64,000 bases of DNA from Nemertoderma westbladi (taxonomy: Eukaryota > Animalia > Xenacoelomorpha): assembly GCA_032718475.1 (NCBI GenBank), contig JAUCBJ010008282.1, forward strand, positions 27,488 through 91,487, given 5' to 3'. Under the pieces are notes generated by a model. It ran no database searches and was not told the origin of the DNA. It saw nothing but the letters and a program-made list of their open reading frames with translations. Both the position numbers and the translations under genes were made by a program. Within the stretch, counting starts at the first letter, position 1. Every line of letters begins with the position of its first letter. Positions 49,803 to 63,969 of this stretch are shown here, piece after piece.

Positions 49803-52111
49803 TGTTAAACAACCGCGTCACCTATACTAACAGCAGAACTGTTGAACAGAAAAATACGGGTATACTTCTCTGCCAACCTAATAAGTTCCCGCCTAACCAA
49901 TAAGACACAAAGACTGCTCTACTGTTAAATAAAGGCAATCAGGAGCGTGCTATTACTAAATTGTAGGGCTGCTAAATACAAAACCGCTACTTACCGTTGG
50001 ATGGCGCTAATCTGCCATCCGCTAATATATTTTACTAAATTTACACGGCTCCTGCAAAATCGCTTGTTCCTTTCTCTACCGATCGCTCGACAGAGAGCTA
50101 ACTGTTCGAATCTATGAGCCACGCGGGAATAACCAAAACAATAAACCCGAGTTGACTCCCTAAGCTTACTTAAGACGAGTGCGAGAGGCTTTGCACTCAG
50201 AGTATATTCTTACGTCTAATTTTACTACTATTGAAGCACGCCATTGCCTACGTCTTTTCTAATCGCGAATACTGGGGTTTCCCTAACGGAATGTGTGAAT
50301 GCGAGAATATTTAAAATAATCAAATAATGGTACGGTACAATGTCTTTCGTGGGCAGTACCACTCCGAGTCTAAATTTGCCTGCGGCTGGCTTTAGGCCAG
50401 CAATTTACTAATGCGAGTTGCGTATTGAATACTGCGATCTAGCTTATTGCCCGCTAATGCAAATAACCGCTCAGCGTGAATAGTTTACGGTACTCTAAAT
50501 TATTACCTAGCTACTCTCCGCTATGCTGCGTACTAATTCTTAATTTCACTAATTAATTACACTCACAAATGTGTAACAGCGTACTAATTACTAAGAGTTC
50601 CAGAATGCGTAATTCTAATTTATTACACAACAGGTTTCACTAGTAACAGTCTAAAATACTGTATTACTTTGACCTAATCAGTAATCAATTATTGTAAACT
50701 AAGAAATAGAAATCAATCAAAGAGAAAAGGGGCGCCTACCTAAGCATTCGTAATCATAGGCACACTTCAATAACACACCAATCAGTGTCAGCAATCACAG
50801 ATCACAATAGTACAACTTGCAATTATACAATCCGCAATTATATAATTTGCCATGCAATTCGCTATCCGCTATTCACTATTGTAAAGCACGCAGGCCTCTC
50901 CCCAGTACGTCTAAGGCTTCCTAACTAACCCAATTCCTGCCCCCCTAATACTACAAAATAGAGACAAAATCTGGATCATCAGCCCCCTAATTGCCGCACC
51001 AGCAGATGGTCTGCCCGCTACAACGCAAATTGCCCAACCGCAATGCAGGTCGCCCTCTATAACGCAAGTTGCCCGACCGCAACAGTGACCCCCCGTCAGC
51101 GTTGCCCGCCTTTGAATCCTCCGCTCTCCCTTAGTCGCCCAACCCCCCGATGTTCCCACCGCCTACCGGTACCTTAGCCCTCCATCAAGATAAATTTGCT
51201 ACCGTAGCGGCGCATGCAAATCACAAGTCTGCCAGTCTCAGAAAATCCCGTAGGATTATTGCGTCGAAATGAATTACATAGAACCATTAACAAAAGGGGT
51301 AGAAATCATAGTTCCGGTTGTAATTAGCAGTAATCGATAGGATTGATTGAGAAACACAATTGAGAATAGTAGCACTAACGAATCATTCCAAGAAATTAAT
51401 CAAAAAGGGTAGAAATGCAGAAAATATGCACAAATTATACTCTAACTTAATGGTACTAAAAATGTCTGAGTGAGTGGTAAGAGCAATAAGGTCGTTGGAA
51501 TTGAATTGATATGAGGTACAGCTCTACCGGCAAACCGCCAATTTATAGGTGATCCGAGAAGGGTGATGCAATCGCTCTCTCATTGGCTCTCCAATCCGCG
51601 CTAGCATTAGACCAACCTGGAAACAGTTAGTCCAATAAGAAAGCCGGATTGTAGCCCTATTGCTTCTCAAACCCTCAAAACGTCACCATATAAGGTAATT
51701 TTGCCGATGCTTAACTTAGCGGTACTAATAACATGATGCACAAAAGTTAATTTAGCGCGATTATAAAGAAATCAAACCCGTGATAGCTAGCCCATCAAGG
51801 TTAATAACAGCAAGCCCGAAATGCAGGGTCCAACTGGACTTGCTACCCTGGAACTATCTACTTATATCGTATTACAAAATTACATAGGTATGGCTACATA
51901 CTATACAAAATGGATGAGTTCAAAATATATGGGCGTTTTAATTTCCTTATCTAAATGTCACTGCGCTATTATGTCTTATCTAAAATATTATACTGCATAA
52001 CGGACTAATATTGCGTACAGTATAACGGACTAATATATTATACTGCATAATGGACCAATATATTATAATGTATAATGGCTAATAATGTGTACAGCGCCAT
52101 ATACCGTAACA
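49803..52111 (-). repeat. 5' LTR of element C (2,309 bp)
   Basis: Direct repeat of 27738-30031. Candidate minus-strand CCAAT (~51585), TATAAAT (~51548) and Inr-like TCAATT (~51509). Confidence 0.97.
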
Positions 52112-54945
52112 ACTTGTATGCAAATCTAATAGCAGGCAGCCCCTAACTTGTATACAATACATTTTATAGTCCAAATAACTTATATAGGGTTATTGACTTA
52201 TATACGTTTTTTAACTTCCCCCTTAAGAGAGTCTTAGTTATTCCTTCTCTTTACCCGTGCTTCAATGAATTTCTTCAACATGACATTCAGAGCACTGGGC
52301 AGAAATCACCTATCATCTTGTATGCAAATCTGATAGCAAGTAGCCCCTAACTTGTAGACGATACAGTTTATAGTCCACTTAACTTATATACTATAAGTTG
52401 TAGACGATACAGTTTATAGTCCACTTAACTTATATACGGTTTTTGACTTATATACGGTTTTTGACTTATATACGGTTTTTGACTTATATACGGTTTTCAA
52501 CTTCCCCTTAAGAGAGTCATAGTTACTCCCGCTGTTTACCCGTGCTTCAATGAATTTCTTCAACGTGACATTCAGAGCACTGGGCAGAAATCACCTATCA
52601 ACTTTTACGCAAATCTGATAGCAGATAGCCCTTAACTTGTATACAATACATTTTACAGTCCTACTTAACTTATATACGGTTTTTGACTTATATAAAGTTT
52701 TTTTTTATGCCCTATTGAATTATATACGGTTTTTAATTTCCCTTAAGAGAGTCATGGATACTCCCGCTGTTTACCCGCGCTTCTCAATGAATTTCTTCAA
52801 CGTGACATTCAGTGCACTGGGCAGAAATCACCTATCAACTTGTATGCAAATCTAATAGCAGGCAGCCCCTAACTTGTATACGATACATTTTATAGTCCAA
52901 ATAACTTATATACGGTTATTGACTTATATACATTTTTTAATTTCCCCTTAAGAGAGTCTTAGTTATTCTTTCTCTTTACCCGTGCTTCAATGAATTTCTT
53001 CAACATGACATTCAGAGCACTGGGCAGAAATCACCTATCATCTTGTATGCAAATCTGATAGCAAGTAGCCCCTAACTTGTAGACGATACAGTTTATAGTC
53101 CACTTAACTTATATACTATAAGTTGTAGACGATACAGTTTATAGTCCACTTAACTTATATACGGTTTTCGACTTATATACGGTTTTTGACTTATATACGG
53201 TTTTTGACTTATATAAAGTTTTTTTTTATTCCTTATTGAATTATGTACGGTTTTTAATTTCCCTTAAGAGAGTCATGGATACTCCCGCAGTTTACCCGTG
53301 CTTCAATGAATTTCTTCAACGTGACATTCAGTGCACTGGGCAGAAATCACCTATCAACTTGTATGCAAATCTAATAGCAGGCAGCCCCTAACTTGTATAC
53401 GATACATTTTATAGTCCAAATAACTTATATACGGTTATTGACTTATATACGGTTTTTAACTTCCCCTTAGGAGAGTTATAGTTACTCACACTGTTTACCC
53501 GCGCTTCAATGAATTTCTTCAACGTGACATTCAGAGCACTGGACAGAAATCACCTATCAACTTGTATGCAAATCTAATAGCAGGCAGCCCCTAACTTGTA
53601 TACGATACATTTTATAGTCCAAATAACTTCTTACGGTTATTGACTTATATACGTTTTTTAACTTCCCCTTAAGAGAGTCTTAGTTATTCCTTCTCTTTAC
53701 CCGTGCTTCAATGAATTTCTTCAACATGACATTCAGAGCACTGGGCAGAAATCACCTCTATCATCTTGTATGCAAATCTGATAGCAAGTAGCCCCTAACT
53801 TGTAGACGATACAGTTTATAGTCCACTTAACTTATATACTATAAGTTGTAGACGATACAGTTTATAGTCCACTTAACTTATATACGGTTTTTGACTTATA
53901 TACGTTTTTTTTACTTCTAGACGGTTTTTAACTTCCCCATAACAGAGTCATAGTTACTCACGCCGTTTACCCGCGCTTCAATGAATTTCTTCAACGTGAC
54001 ATTCAAAGCACCTTGCAGAAATCACCTATCAACTTGTACGCAAATCCGATAGCAGGTAGCCCCTAACTTGTAGACGATACATTTTACAGTCCACTTAACT
54101 TATATACGGTTTTTGACTTATATACGTTTTTTTTAATTCTAGACGGTTTTTAACTTCCCCTTAAGAGAGTTATAGTTACTGACACTGTTTACCCGCGCTT
54201 CAATGAATTTCTTCAACGTGACATTCAGAGCACTGGGCAGAAATCACCTATCAACTTTTACGCAAATCTGATAGCAGATAGCCCCTAACTTGTATACGAT
54301 ACATTTTACAGTCCACTTAAAACAACATATAAACGGTTTTTGACTTATATTATACGTTTTTTTTACTTCTAGAAGGTTTTTAACTTCCCCTTAAGCGAGT
54401 CATAGTTACTCCCGCTGTTTACCCGCGCTTCAATGAATTTCTTCAACGTGACATTCAGAGCACTGGGTAGAAATCACCTATCAACTTGTATGCAAATCTG
54501 ATAGCAGGTAGCCCCTAACTTGTAGACGATAAATTCTACAGTCCACTCAACTTATATACGGTTTTTGACTTATATACGTTTTTTTTAATTCTAGACGGTT
54601 TTTAACTTCCCCTTAAGAGAGTTATAGTTACTGACACTGTTTACCCGCGCTTCAATGAATTTCTTCAACGTGACATTCAGAGCACTGGGCAGAAATCACC
54701 TATCAACTTTTACGCAAATCTGATAGCAGATAGCCCCTAACTTGTATACGATACATTTTACAGTCCACTTAAAACAACATATAAACGGTTTTTGACTTAT
54801 ATTATACGTTTTTTTTACTTCTAGAAGGTTTTTAACTTCCCCTTAAGAGAGTCATAGTTACTCCCGCCATTTACCCGCGCTTCAATGAATTTCTTCAACG
54901 TGACATTCAGAGCACCTTGCAGAAATCACCTATCAACTTGTACGC

Positions 54946-56200
54946 CATGGGCCATGGGTACGACCATGGAGCCCATTTTGGCACTTAGAAGGATAATTGA
55001 AGAATTATCAAAAAAGAAAGACAGGCATCTGGCTGTTATCTTTGTTGACTTCTTCAAGGCCTTTGATTCAGTCTCTCGCTCACGTATGTTCAGCATACTT
55101 TCATTATATGGGATTCCTGATGAAATTATTGCAGCAATCAGATCAGTATATGATGGTTCGACAACATTTGTGTCTACTGTTGACGGTGACACAGAACCAT
55201 TTGAAATGTTATGGGGCGTCCTCCAAGGAGACACACTTGCACCATTCTTGTTCATTATTGTGGTTGACTATGTTCTACGCATGTCCTTAGATCATCATAA
55301 TGATGATGGGGTGATGATAACTCCACCTACTGGCTCCAGAAGTCGAGGAAATCCTGCCAAGTACCTAACTGATCTAGACTTTGCTGATGACTTAGGAGTA
55401 ATCTCAGAATCATTAGAAGGAGCCCAACAGCTCCTCAGCTCATTAGAACATGCTGCTTCTAGTGTTGGTCTTTTTATTAACTCCAGAAAGACCAAAATGC
55501 TGACAGTTAACTTTGAAAGTCCCCAGCAAGTCTCTGATCGGATGAGCATAAGCTCAAAGGATGGTATGCTTGAGCATGTGGACGACTTCTGTTACCTGGG
55601 ATCATGGATCCGGAAGTCAGGTGAGGACCTTCGAATACGTAAGGGAAAGGCATGGGCAGCCTTGAATAGGCTTTCCAGGATTTGGAAGTCACCTAGAATT
55701 AATCGGAAACTTAAGGTCCGATTATTTAGAGCAGCAGTAGTTCCAGTACTCCTCTACGGGAGGCCATGCTGGGCTCTAACTGCTGAGGACACCAAATCTC
55801 TGGATGGCACATTCACAAGAATGCTACGCCGGGTTCATTGTGTCAAGTACAATGCACACATCTCCAACCAGACACTATATAACATTGGAGGTGTCTCATT
55901 GGTTCCCCCAAGCTTGACACTAGAACAAAATCGCCTCCGCTTTGCAGGACATTGCTTTCGCCGTGAGGACCAGCCAGTGCATAATCTTGTACTTTGGCAG
56001 CCTCATGGAGTGAATAAGCATGGTTGACAGCCCATGACTTTCTTGAGACGCATCTTAAAGGACACTGGCCTTAAAGATACGGATGATCTAGCAAATGTCA
56101 TGGGTGATAGGGAGTTGTGGCGGTGCAATTTTGTTGACAAGCCGGCACAGCATTCTTAAAAATGCAGCTGCAATGCAGCATGCCGATCCTAGTAGTAGTA
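54946..56200 (+). mobile_element. 5'-truncated RTE-like LINE (RT fragment), copy 1
   Basis: ILALRRIIEE, DFFKAFDSV, GVLQGDTLAPFLF, DLDFADD, FCYLGS, RLRFAGHC; (TAG)n tail; TSD ACTTGTACGC (54936-54945 / 56201-56210); premature TGA at 56025. Confidence 0.92.
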
Positions 56201-59200
56201 ACTTGTACGCAAATCCGATAGCAGGTAGCCCATAACTTGTAGACGATACATTTTACAGTCCACTTAACTTATATACGGTTTTTGACTTATATACGGTTTT
56301 TGACTTCCGCTTAAGCGAGTCATAGTTACTCCCGCAGTTTACCCGTGCTTCAATGAATTTCTTCAACGTGATATTCAGAGCACTGGGCAGAAATCACCTA
56401 TTAACTTGTTCGCAAATCTGATTGCAGGTAGCCCCTAAATTGTATACGATACATTTTGCAGTCCACTTAACTTATATGCGGTTTTTGACTTATATACGAT
56501 TTTTGACTTATATACGGTTTAAAACTTCCCCTTAAGAGAGTCTTAGTTATTCCCGCTGTTTAACCGTGCTTCAATGAATTTCTTCAACGTGACATTCAGA
56601 GCACTGGGCAGAAATCACCTATCAACTTTTACGCAAATCTAATAGCAGACAGCCCCTAACTTGTACACGATAAATTTTGCAGTCCAAATAACTTATATAC
56701 GGTTATTGACTTATATACGGTTTTTAACTTCCCCTTAAGAGAGTCTTAGTTATTCCTTCTCTTTACACGTGCTTCAATGAATTTCTTCAACATGACATTC
56801 AGAGCACTGGGCAGAAATCACCTATCATCTTGTATGCAAATCTGATAGCAAGTAGCCCCTAACTTGTAGACGATACAGTTTATAGTCCACTTAACTTATA
56901 TACTATAAGTTGTAGACGATACAGTTTATAGTCCACTTAACTTATATACGGTTTTTGACTTATATACGGTTTTTGACTTATATACGGTTTTTGACTTATA
57001 TACGGTTTTCAACTTCCCCTTAAGAGAGTCATAGTTACTCCCGCTGTTTACCCGTGCTTCAATGAATTTCTTCAACGTGACATTCAGAGCACTGGGCAGA
57101 AATCACCTATCAACTTTTACGCAAATCTGATAGCAGATAGCCCTTAACTTGTATACAATACATTTTACAGTCCTACTTAACTTATATACGGTTTTTGACT
57201 TATATAAAGTTTTTTTTTATGCCCTATTGAATTATATACGGTTTTTAATTTCCCTTAAGAGAGTCATGGATACTCCCGCTGTTTACCCGCGCTTCTCAAT
57301 GAATTTCTTCAACGTGACATTCAGTGCACTGGGCAGAAATCACCTATCAACTTGTATGCAAATCTAATAGCAGGCAGCCCCTAACTTGTATACGATACAT
57401 TTTATAGTCCAAATAACTTATATACGGTTATTGACTTATATACATTTTTTAATTTCCCCTTAAGAGAGTCTTAGTTATTCTTTCTCTTTACCCGTGCTTC
57501 AATGAATTTCTTCAACATGACATTCAGAGCACTGGGCAGAAATCACCTATCATCTTGTATGCAAATCTGATAGCAAGTAGCCCCTAACTTGTAGACGATA
57601 CAGTTTATAGTCCACTTAACTTATATACTATAAGTTGTAGACGATACAGTTTATAGTCCACTTAACTTATATACGGTTTTCGACTTATATACGGTTTTTG
57701 ACTTATATACGGTTTTTGACTTATATAAAGTTTTTTTTTATTCCTTATTGAATTATGTACGGTTTTTAATTTCCCTTAAGAGAGTCATGGATACTCCCGC
57801 AGTTTACCCGTGCTTCAATGAATTTCTTCAACGTGACATTCAGTGCACTGGGCAGAAATCACCTATCAACTTGTATGCAAATCTAATAGCAGGCAGCCCC
57901 TAACTTGTATACGATACATTTTATAGTCCAAATAACTTATATACGGTTATTGACTTATATACGTTTTTTAACTTCCCCTTAGGAGAGTTATAGTTACTCA
58001 CACTGTTTACCCGCGCTTCAATGAATTTCTTCAACGTGACATTCAGAGCACTGGACAGAAATCACCTATCAACTTGTATGCAAATCTAATAGCAGGCAGC
58101 CCCTAACTTGTATACGATACATTTTATAGTCCAAATAACTTCTTACGGTTATTGACTTATATACGTTTTTTAACTTCCCCTTAAGAGAGTCTTAGTTATT
58201 CCTTCTCTTTACCCGTGCTTCAATGAATTTCTTCAACATGACATTCAGAGCACTGGGCAGAAATCACCTCTATCATCTTGTATGCAAATCTGATAGCAAG
58301 TAGCCCCTAACTTGTAGACGATACAGTTTATAGTCCACTTAACTTATATACTATAAGTTGTAGACGATACAGTTTATAGTCCACTTAACTTATATACGGT
58401 TTTTGACTTATATACGTTTTTTTTACTTCTAGACGGTTTTTAACTTCCCCATAACAGAGTCATAGTTACTCACGCCGTTTACCCGCGCTTCAATGAATTT
58501 CTTCAACGTGACATTCAGAGCACCTTGCAGAAATCACCTATCAACTTGTACGCAAATCCGATAGCAGGTAGCCCCTAACTTGTAGACGATACATTTTACA
58601 GTCCACTTAACTTATATACGGTTTTTGACTTATATACGTTTTTTTTAATTCTAGACGGTTTTTAACTTCCCCTTAAGAGAGTTATAGTTACTGACACTGT
58701 TTACCCGCGCTTCAATGAATTTCTTCAACGTGACATTCAGAGCACTGGGCAGAAATCACCTATCAACTTTTACGCAAATCTGATAGCAGATAGCCCCTAA
58801 CTTGTATACGATACATTTTACAGTCCACTTAAAACAACATATAAACGGTTTTTGACTTATATTATACGTTTTTTTTACTTCTAGAAGGTTTTTAACTTCC
58901 CCTTAAGCGAGTCATAGTTACTCCCGCTGTTTACCCGCGCTTCAATGAATTTCTTCAACGTGACATTCAGAGCACTGGGTAGAAATCACCTATCAACTTG
59001 TATGCAAATCTGATAGCAGGTAGCCCCTAACTTGTAGACGATAAATTCTACAGTCCACTCAACTTATATACGGTTTTTGACTTATATACGTTTTTTTTAA
59101 TTCTAGACGGTTTTTAACTTCCCCTTAAGAGAGTTATAGTTACTGACACTGTTTACCCGCGCTTCAATGAATTTCTTCAACGTGACATTCAGAGCACTGG

Positions 59201-59457
59201 GCAGAAATCACCTATCAACTTTTACGCAAATCTGATAGCAGATAGCCCCTAACTTGTATACGATACATTTTACAGTCCACTTAAAACAACATATAAACGG
59301 TTTTTGACTTATATTATACGTTTTTTTTACTTCTAGAAGGTTTTTAACTTCCCCTTAAGAGAGTCATAGTTACTCCCGCCATTTACCCGCGCTTCAATGA
59401 ATTTCTTCAACGTGACATTCAGAGCACCTTGCAGAAATCACCTATCAACTTGTACGC

Positions 59458-60712
59458 CATGGGCCATGGGTACGACCATGGAGCCCATTTTGGCACTTAG
59501 AAGGATAATTGAAGAATTATCAAAAAAGAAAGACAGGCATCTGGCTGTTATCTTTGTTGACTTCTTCAAGGCCTTTGATTCAGTCTCTCGCTCACGTATG
59601 TTCAGCATACTTTCATTATATGGGATTCCTGATGAAATTATTGCAGCAATCAGATCAGTATATGATGGTTCGACAACATTTGTGTCTACTGTTGACGGTG
59701 ACACAGAACCATTTGAAATGTTATGGGGCGTCCTCCAAGGAGACACACTTGCACCATTCTTGTTCATTATTGTGGTTGACTATGTTCTACGCATGTCCTT
59801 AGATCATCATAATGATGATGGGGTGATGATAACTCCACCTACTGGCTCCAGAAGTCGAGGAAATCCTGCCAAGTACCTAACTGATCTAGACTTTGCTGAT
59901 GACTTAGGAGTAATCTCAGAATCATTAGAAGGAGCCCAACAGCTCCTCAGCTCATTAGAACATGCTGCTTCTAGTGTTGGTCTTTTTATTAACTCCAGAA
60001 AGACCAAAATGCTGACAGTTAACTTTGAAAGTCCCCAGCAAGTCTCTGATCGGATGAGCATAAGCTCAAAGGATGGTATGCTTGAGCATGTGGACGACTT
60101 CTGTTACCTGGGATCATGGATCCGGAAGTCAGGTGAGGACCTTCGAATACGTAAGGGAAAGGCATGGGCAGCCTTGAATAGGCTTTCCAGGATTTGGAAG
60201 TCACCTAGAATTAATCGGAAACTTAAGGTCCGATTATTTAGAGCAGCAGTAGTTCCAGTACTCCTCTACGGGAGGCCATGCTGGGCTCTAACTGCTGAGG
60301 ACACCAAATCTCTGGATGGCACATTCACAAGAATGCTACGCCGGGTTCATTGTGTCAAGTACAATGCACACATCTCCAACCAGACACTATATAACATTGG
60401 AGGTGTCTCATTGGTTCCCCCAAGCTTGACACTAGAACAAAATCGCCTCCGCTTTGCAGGACATTGCTTTCGCCGTGAGGACCAGCCAGTGCATAATCTT
60501 GTACTTTGGCAGCCTCATGGAGTGAATAAGCATGGTTGACAGCCCATGACTTTCTTGAGACGCATCTTAAAGGACACTGGCCTTAAAGATACGGATGATC
60601 TAGCAAATGTCATGGGTGATAGGGAGTTGTGGCGGTGCAATTTTGTTGACAAGCCGGCACAGCATTCTTAAAAATGCAGCTGCAATGCAGCATGCCGATC
60701 CTAGTAGTAGTA
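59458..60712 (+). mobile_element. 5'-truncated RTE-like LINE, copy 2 (duplicated with the higher-order repeat)
   Basis: Same junctions and translation as copy 1; one substitution in the right TSD (60713). Confidence 0.92.
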
Positions 60713-63700
60713 GCTTGTACGCAAATCCGATAGCAGGTAGCCCATAACTTGTAGACGATACATTTTACAGTCCACTTAACTTATATACGGTTTTTGACTT
60801 ATATACGGTTTTTGACTTCCGCTTAAGCGAGTCATAGTTACTCCCGCAGTTTACCCGTGCTTCAATGAATTTCTTCAACGTGATATTCAGAGCACTGGGC
60901 AGAAATCACCTATTAACTTGTTCGCAAATCTGATTGCAGGTAGCCCCTAAATTGTATACGATACATTTTGCAGTCCACTTAACTTATATGCGGTTTTTGA
61001 CTTATATACGATTTTTGACTTATATACGGTTTAAAACTTCCCCTTAAGAGAGTCTTAGTTATTCCCGCTGTTTAACCGTGCTTCAATGAATTTCTTCAAC
61101 GTGACATTCAGAGCACTGGGCAGAAATCACCTATCAACTTTTACGCAAATCTAATAGCAGACAGCCCCTAACTTGTACACGATAAATTTTGCAGTCCAAA
61201 TAACTTATATACGGTTATTGACTTATATACGGTTTTTAACTTCCCCTTAAGAGAGTCTTAGTTATTCCTTCTCTTTACACGTGCTTCAATGAATTTCTTC
61301 AACATGACATTCAGAGCACTGGGCAGAAATCACCTATCATCTTGTATGCAAATCTGATAGCAAGTAGCCCCTAACTTGTAGACGATACAGTTTATAGTCC
61401 ACTTAACTTATATACTATAAGTTGTAGACGATACAGTTTATAGTCCACTTAACTTATATACGGTTTTTGACTTATATACGGTTTTTGACTTATATACGGT
61501 TTTTGACTTATATACGGTTTTCAACTTCCCCTTAAGAGAGTCATAGTTACTCCCGCTGTTTACCCGTGCTTCAATGAATTTCTTCAACGTGACATTCAGA
61601 GCACTGGGCAGAAATCACCTATCAACTTTTACGCAAATCTGATAGCAGATAGCCCTTAACTTGTATACAATACATTTTACAGTCCTACTTAACTTATATA
61701 CGGTTTTTGACTTATATAAAGTTTTTTTTTATGCCCTATTGAATTATATACGGTTTTTAATTTCCCTTAAGAGAGTCATGGATACTCCCGCTGTTTACCC
61801 GCGCTTCTCAATGAATTTCTTCAACGTGACATTCAGTGCACTGGGCAGAAATCACCTATCAACTTGTATGCAAATCTAATAGCAGGCAGCCCCTAACTTG
61901 TATACGATACATTTTATAGTCCAAATAACTTATATACGGTTATTGACTTATATACATTTTTTAATTTCCCCTTAAGAGAGTCTTAGTTATTCTTTCTCTT
62001 TACCCGTGCTTCAATGAATTTCTTCAACATGACATTCAGAGCACTGGGCAGAAATCACCTATCATCTTGTATGCAAATCTGATAGCAAGTAGCCCCTAAC
62101 TTGTAGACGATACAGTTTATAGTCCACTTAACTTATATACTATAAGTTGTAGACGATACAGTTTATAGTCCACTTAACTTATATACGGTTTTCGACTTAT
62201 ATACGGTTTTTGACTTATATACGGTTTTTGACTTATATAAAGTTTTTTTTTATTCCTTATTGAATTATGTACGGTTTTTAATTTCCCTTAAGAGAGTCAT
62301 GGATACTCCCGCAGTTTACCCGTGCTTCAATGAATTTCTTCAACGTGACATTCAGTGCACTGGGCAGAAATCACCTATCAACTTGTATGCAAATCTAATA
62401 GCAGGCAGCCCCTAACTTGTATACGATACATTTTATAGTCCAAATAACTTATATACGGTTATTGACTTATATACGGTTTTTAACTTCCCCTTAGGAGAGT
62501 TATAGTTACTCACACTGTTTACCCGCGCTTCAATGAATTTCTTCAACGTGACATTCAGAGCACTGGACAGAAATCACCTATCAACTTGTATGCAAATCTA
62601 ATAGCAGGCAGCCCCTAACTTGTATACGATACATTTTATAGTCCAAATAACTTCTTACGGTTATTGACTTATATACGTTTTTTAACTTCCCCTTAAGAGA
62701 GTCTTAGTTATTCCTTCTCTTTACCCGTGCTTCAATGAATTTCTTCAACATGACATTCAGAGCACTGGGCAGAAATCACCTCTATCATCTTGTATGCAAA
62801 TCTGATAGCAAGTAGCCCCTAACTTGTAGACGATACAGTTTATAGTCCACTTAACTTATATACTATAAGTTGTAGACGATACAGTTTATAGTCCACTTAA
62901 CTTATATACGGTTTTTGACTTATATACGTTTTTTTTACTTCTAGACGGTTTTTAACTTCCCCATAACAGAGTCATAGTTACTCACGCCGTTTACCCGCGC
63001 TTCAATGAATTTCTTCAACGTGACATTCAGAGCACCTTGCAGAAATCACCTATCAACTTGTACGCAAATCCGATAGCAGGTAGCCCCTAACTTGTAGACG
63101 ATACATTTTACAGTCCACTTAACTTATATACGGTTTTTGACTTATATACGTTTTTTTTAATTCTAGACGGTTTTTAACTTCCCCTTAAGAGAGTTATAGT
63201 TACTGACACTGTTTACCCGCGCTTCAATGAATTTCTTCAACGTGACATTCAGAGCACTGGGCAGAAATCACCTATCAACTTTTACGCAAATCTGATAGCA
63301 GATAGCCCCTAACTTGTATACGATACATTTTACAGTCCACTTAAAACAACATATAAACGGTTTTTGACTTATATTATACGTTTTTTTTACTTCTAGAAGG
63401 TTTTTAACTTCCCCTTAAGCGAGTCATAGTTACTCCCGCTGTTTACCCGCGCTTCAATGAATTTCTTCAACGTGACATTCAGAGCACTGGGTAGAAATCA
63501 CCTATCAACTTGTATGCAAATCTGATAGCAGGTAGCCCCTAACTTGTAGACGATAAATTCTACAGTCCACTCAACTTATATACGGTTTTTGACTTATATA
63601 CGTTTTTTTTAATTCTAGACGGTTTTTAACTTCCCCTTAAGAGAGTTATAGTTACTGACACTGTTTACCCGCGCTTCAATGAATTTCTTCAACGTGACAT

Positions 63701-63969
63701 TCAGAGCACTGGGCAGAAATCACCTATCAACTTTTACGCAAATCTGATAGCAGATAGCCCCTAACTTGTATACGATACATTTTACAGTCCACTTAAAACA
63801 ACATATAAACGGTTTTTGACTTATATTATACGTTTTTTTTACTTCTAGAAGGTTTTTAACTTCCCCTTAAGAGAGTCATAGTTACTCCCGCCATTTACCC
63901 GCGCTTCAATGAATTTCTTCAACGTGACATTCAGAGCACCTTGCAGAAATCACCTATCAACTTGTACGC

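Larger units (their letters stand above)
27738..52111 (-). mobile_element. Full-length BEL/Pao LTR retrotransposon C (24,374 bp including the nested Copia; ~19.0 kb without)
   Basis: Paired TGT...ACA LTRs, 5-bp TSD ACTTG (27733-27737 / 52112-52116), minus-strand gag-pol and ORF3. Confidence 0.97.

Noticed and set aside
52637-52855. Repeated 72-77-aa ORFs (27313, 52637, 57149, 61661)
   Set aside because: Chance frames in satellite monomers.
54885-56027. 380-aa RT ORF as an intact gene
   Set aside because: The ATG and first ~20 codons come from the satellite by chance; the RT is 5'-truncated and has a premature stop. The 699-aa LINE ORF start at 27136 likewise lies in satellite.
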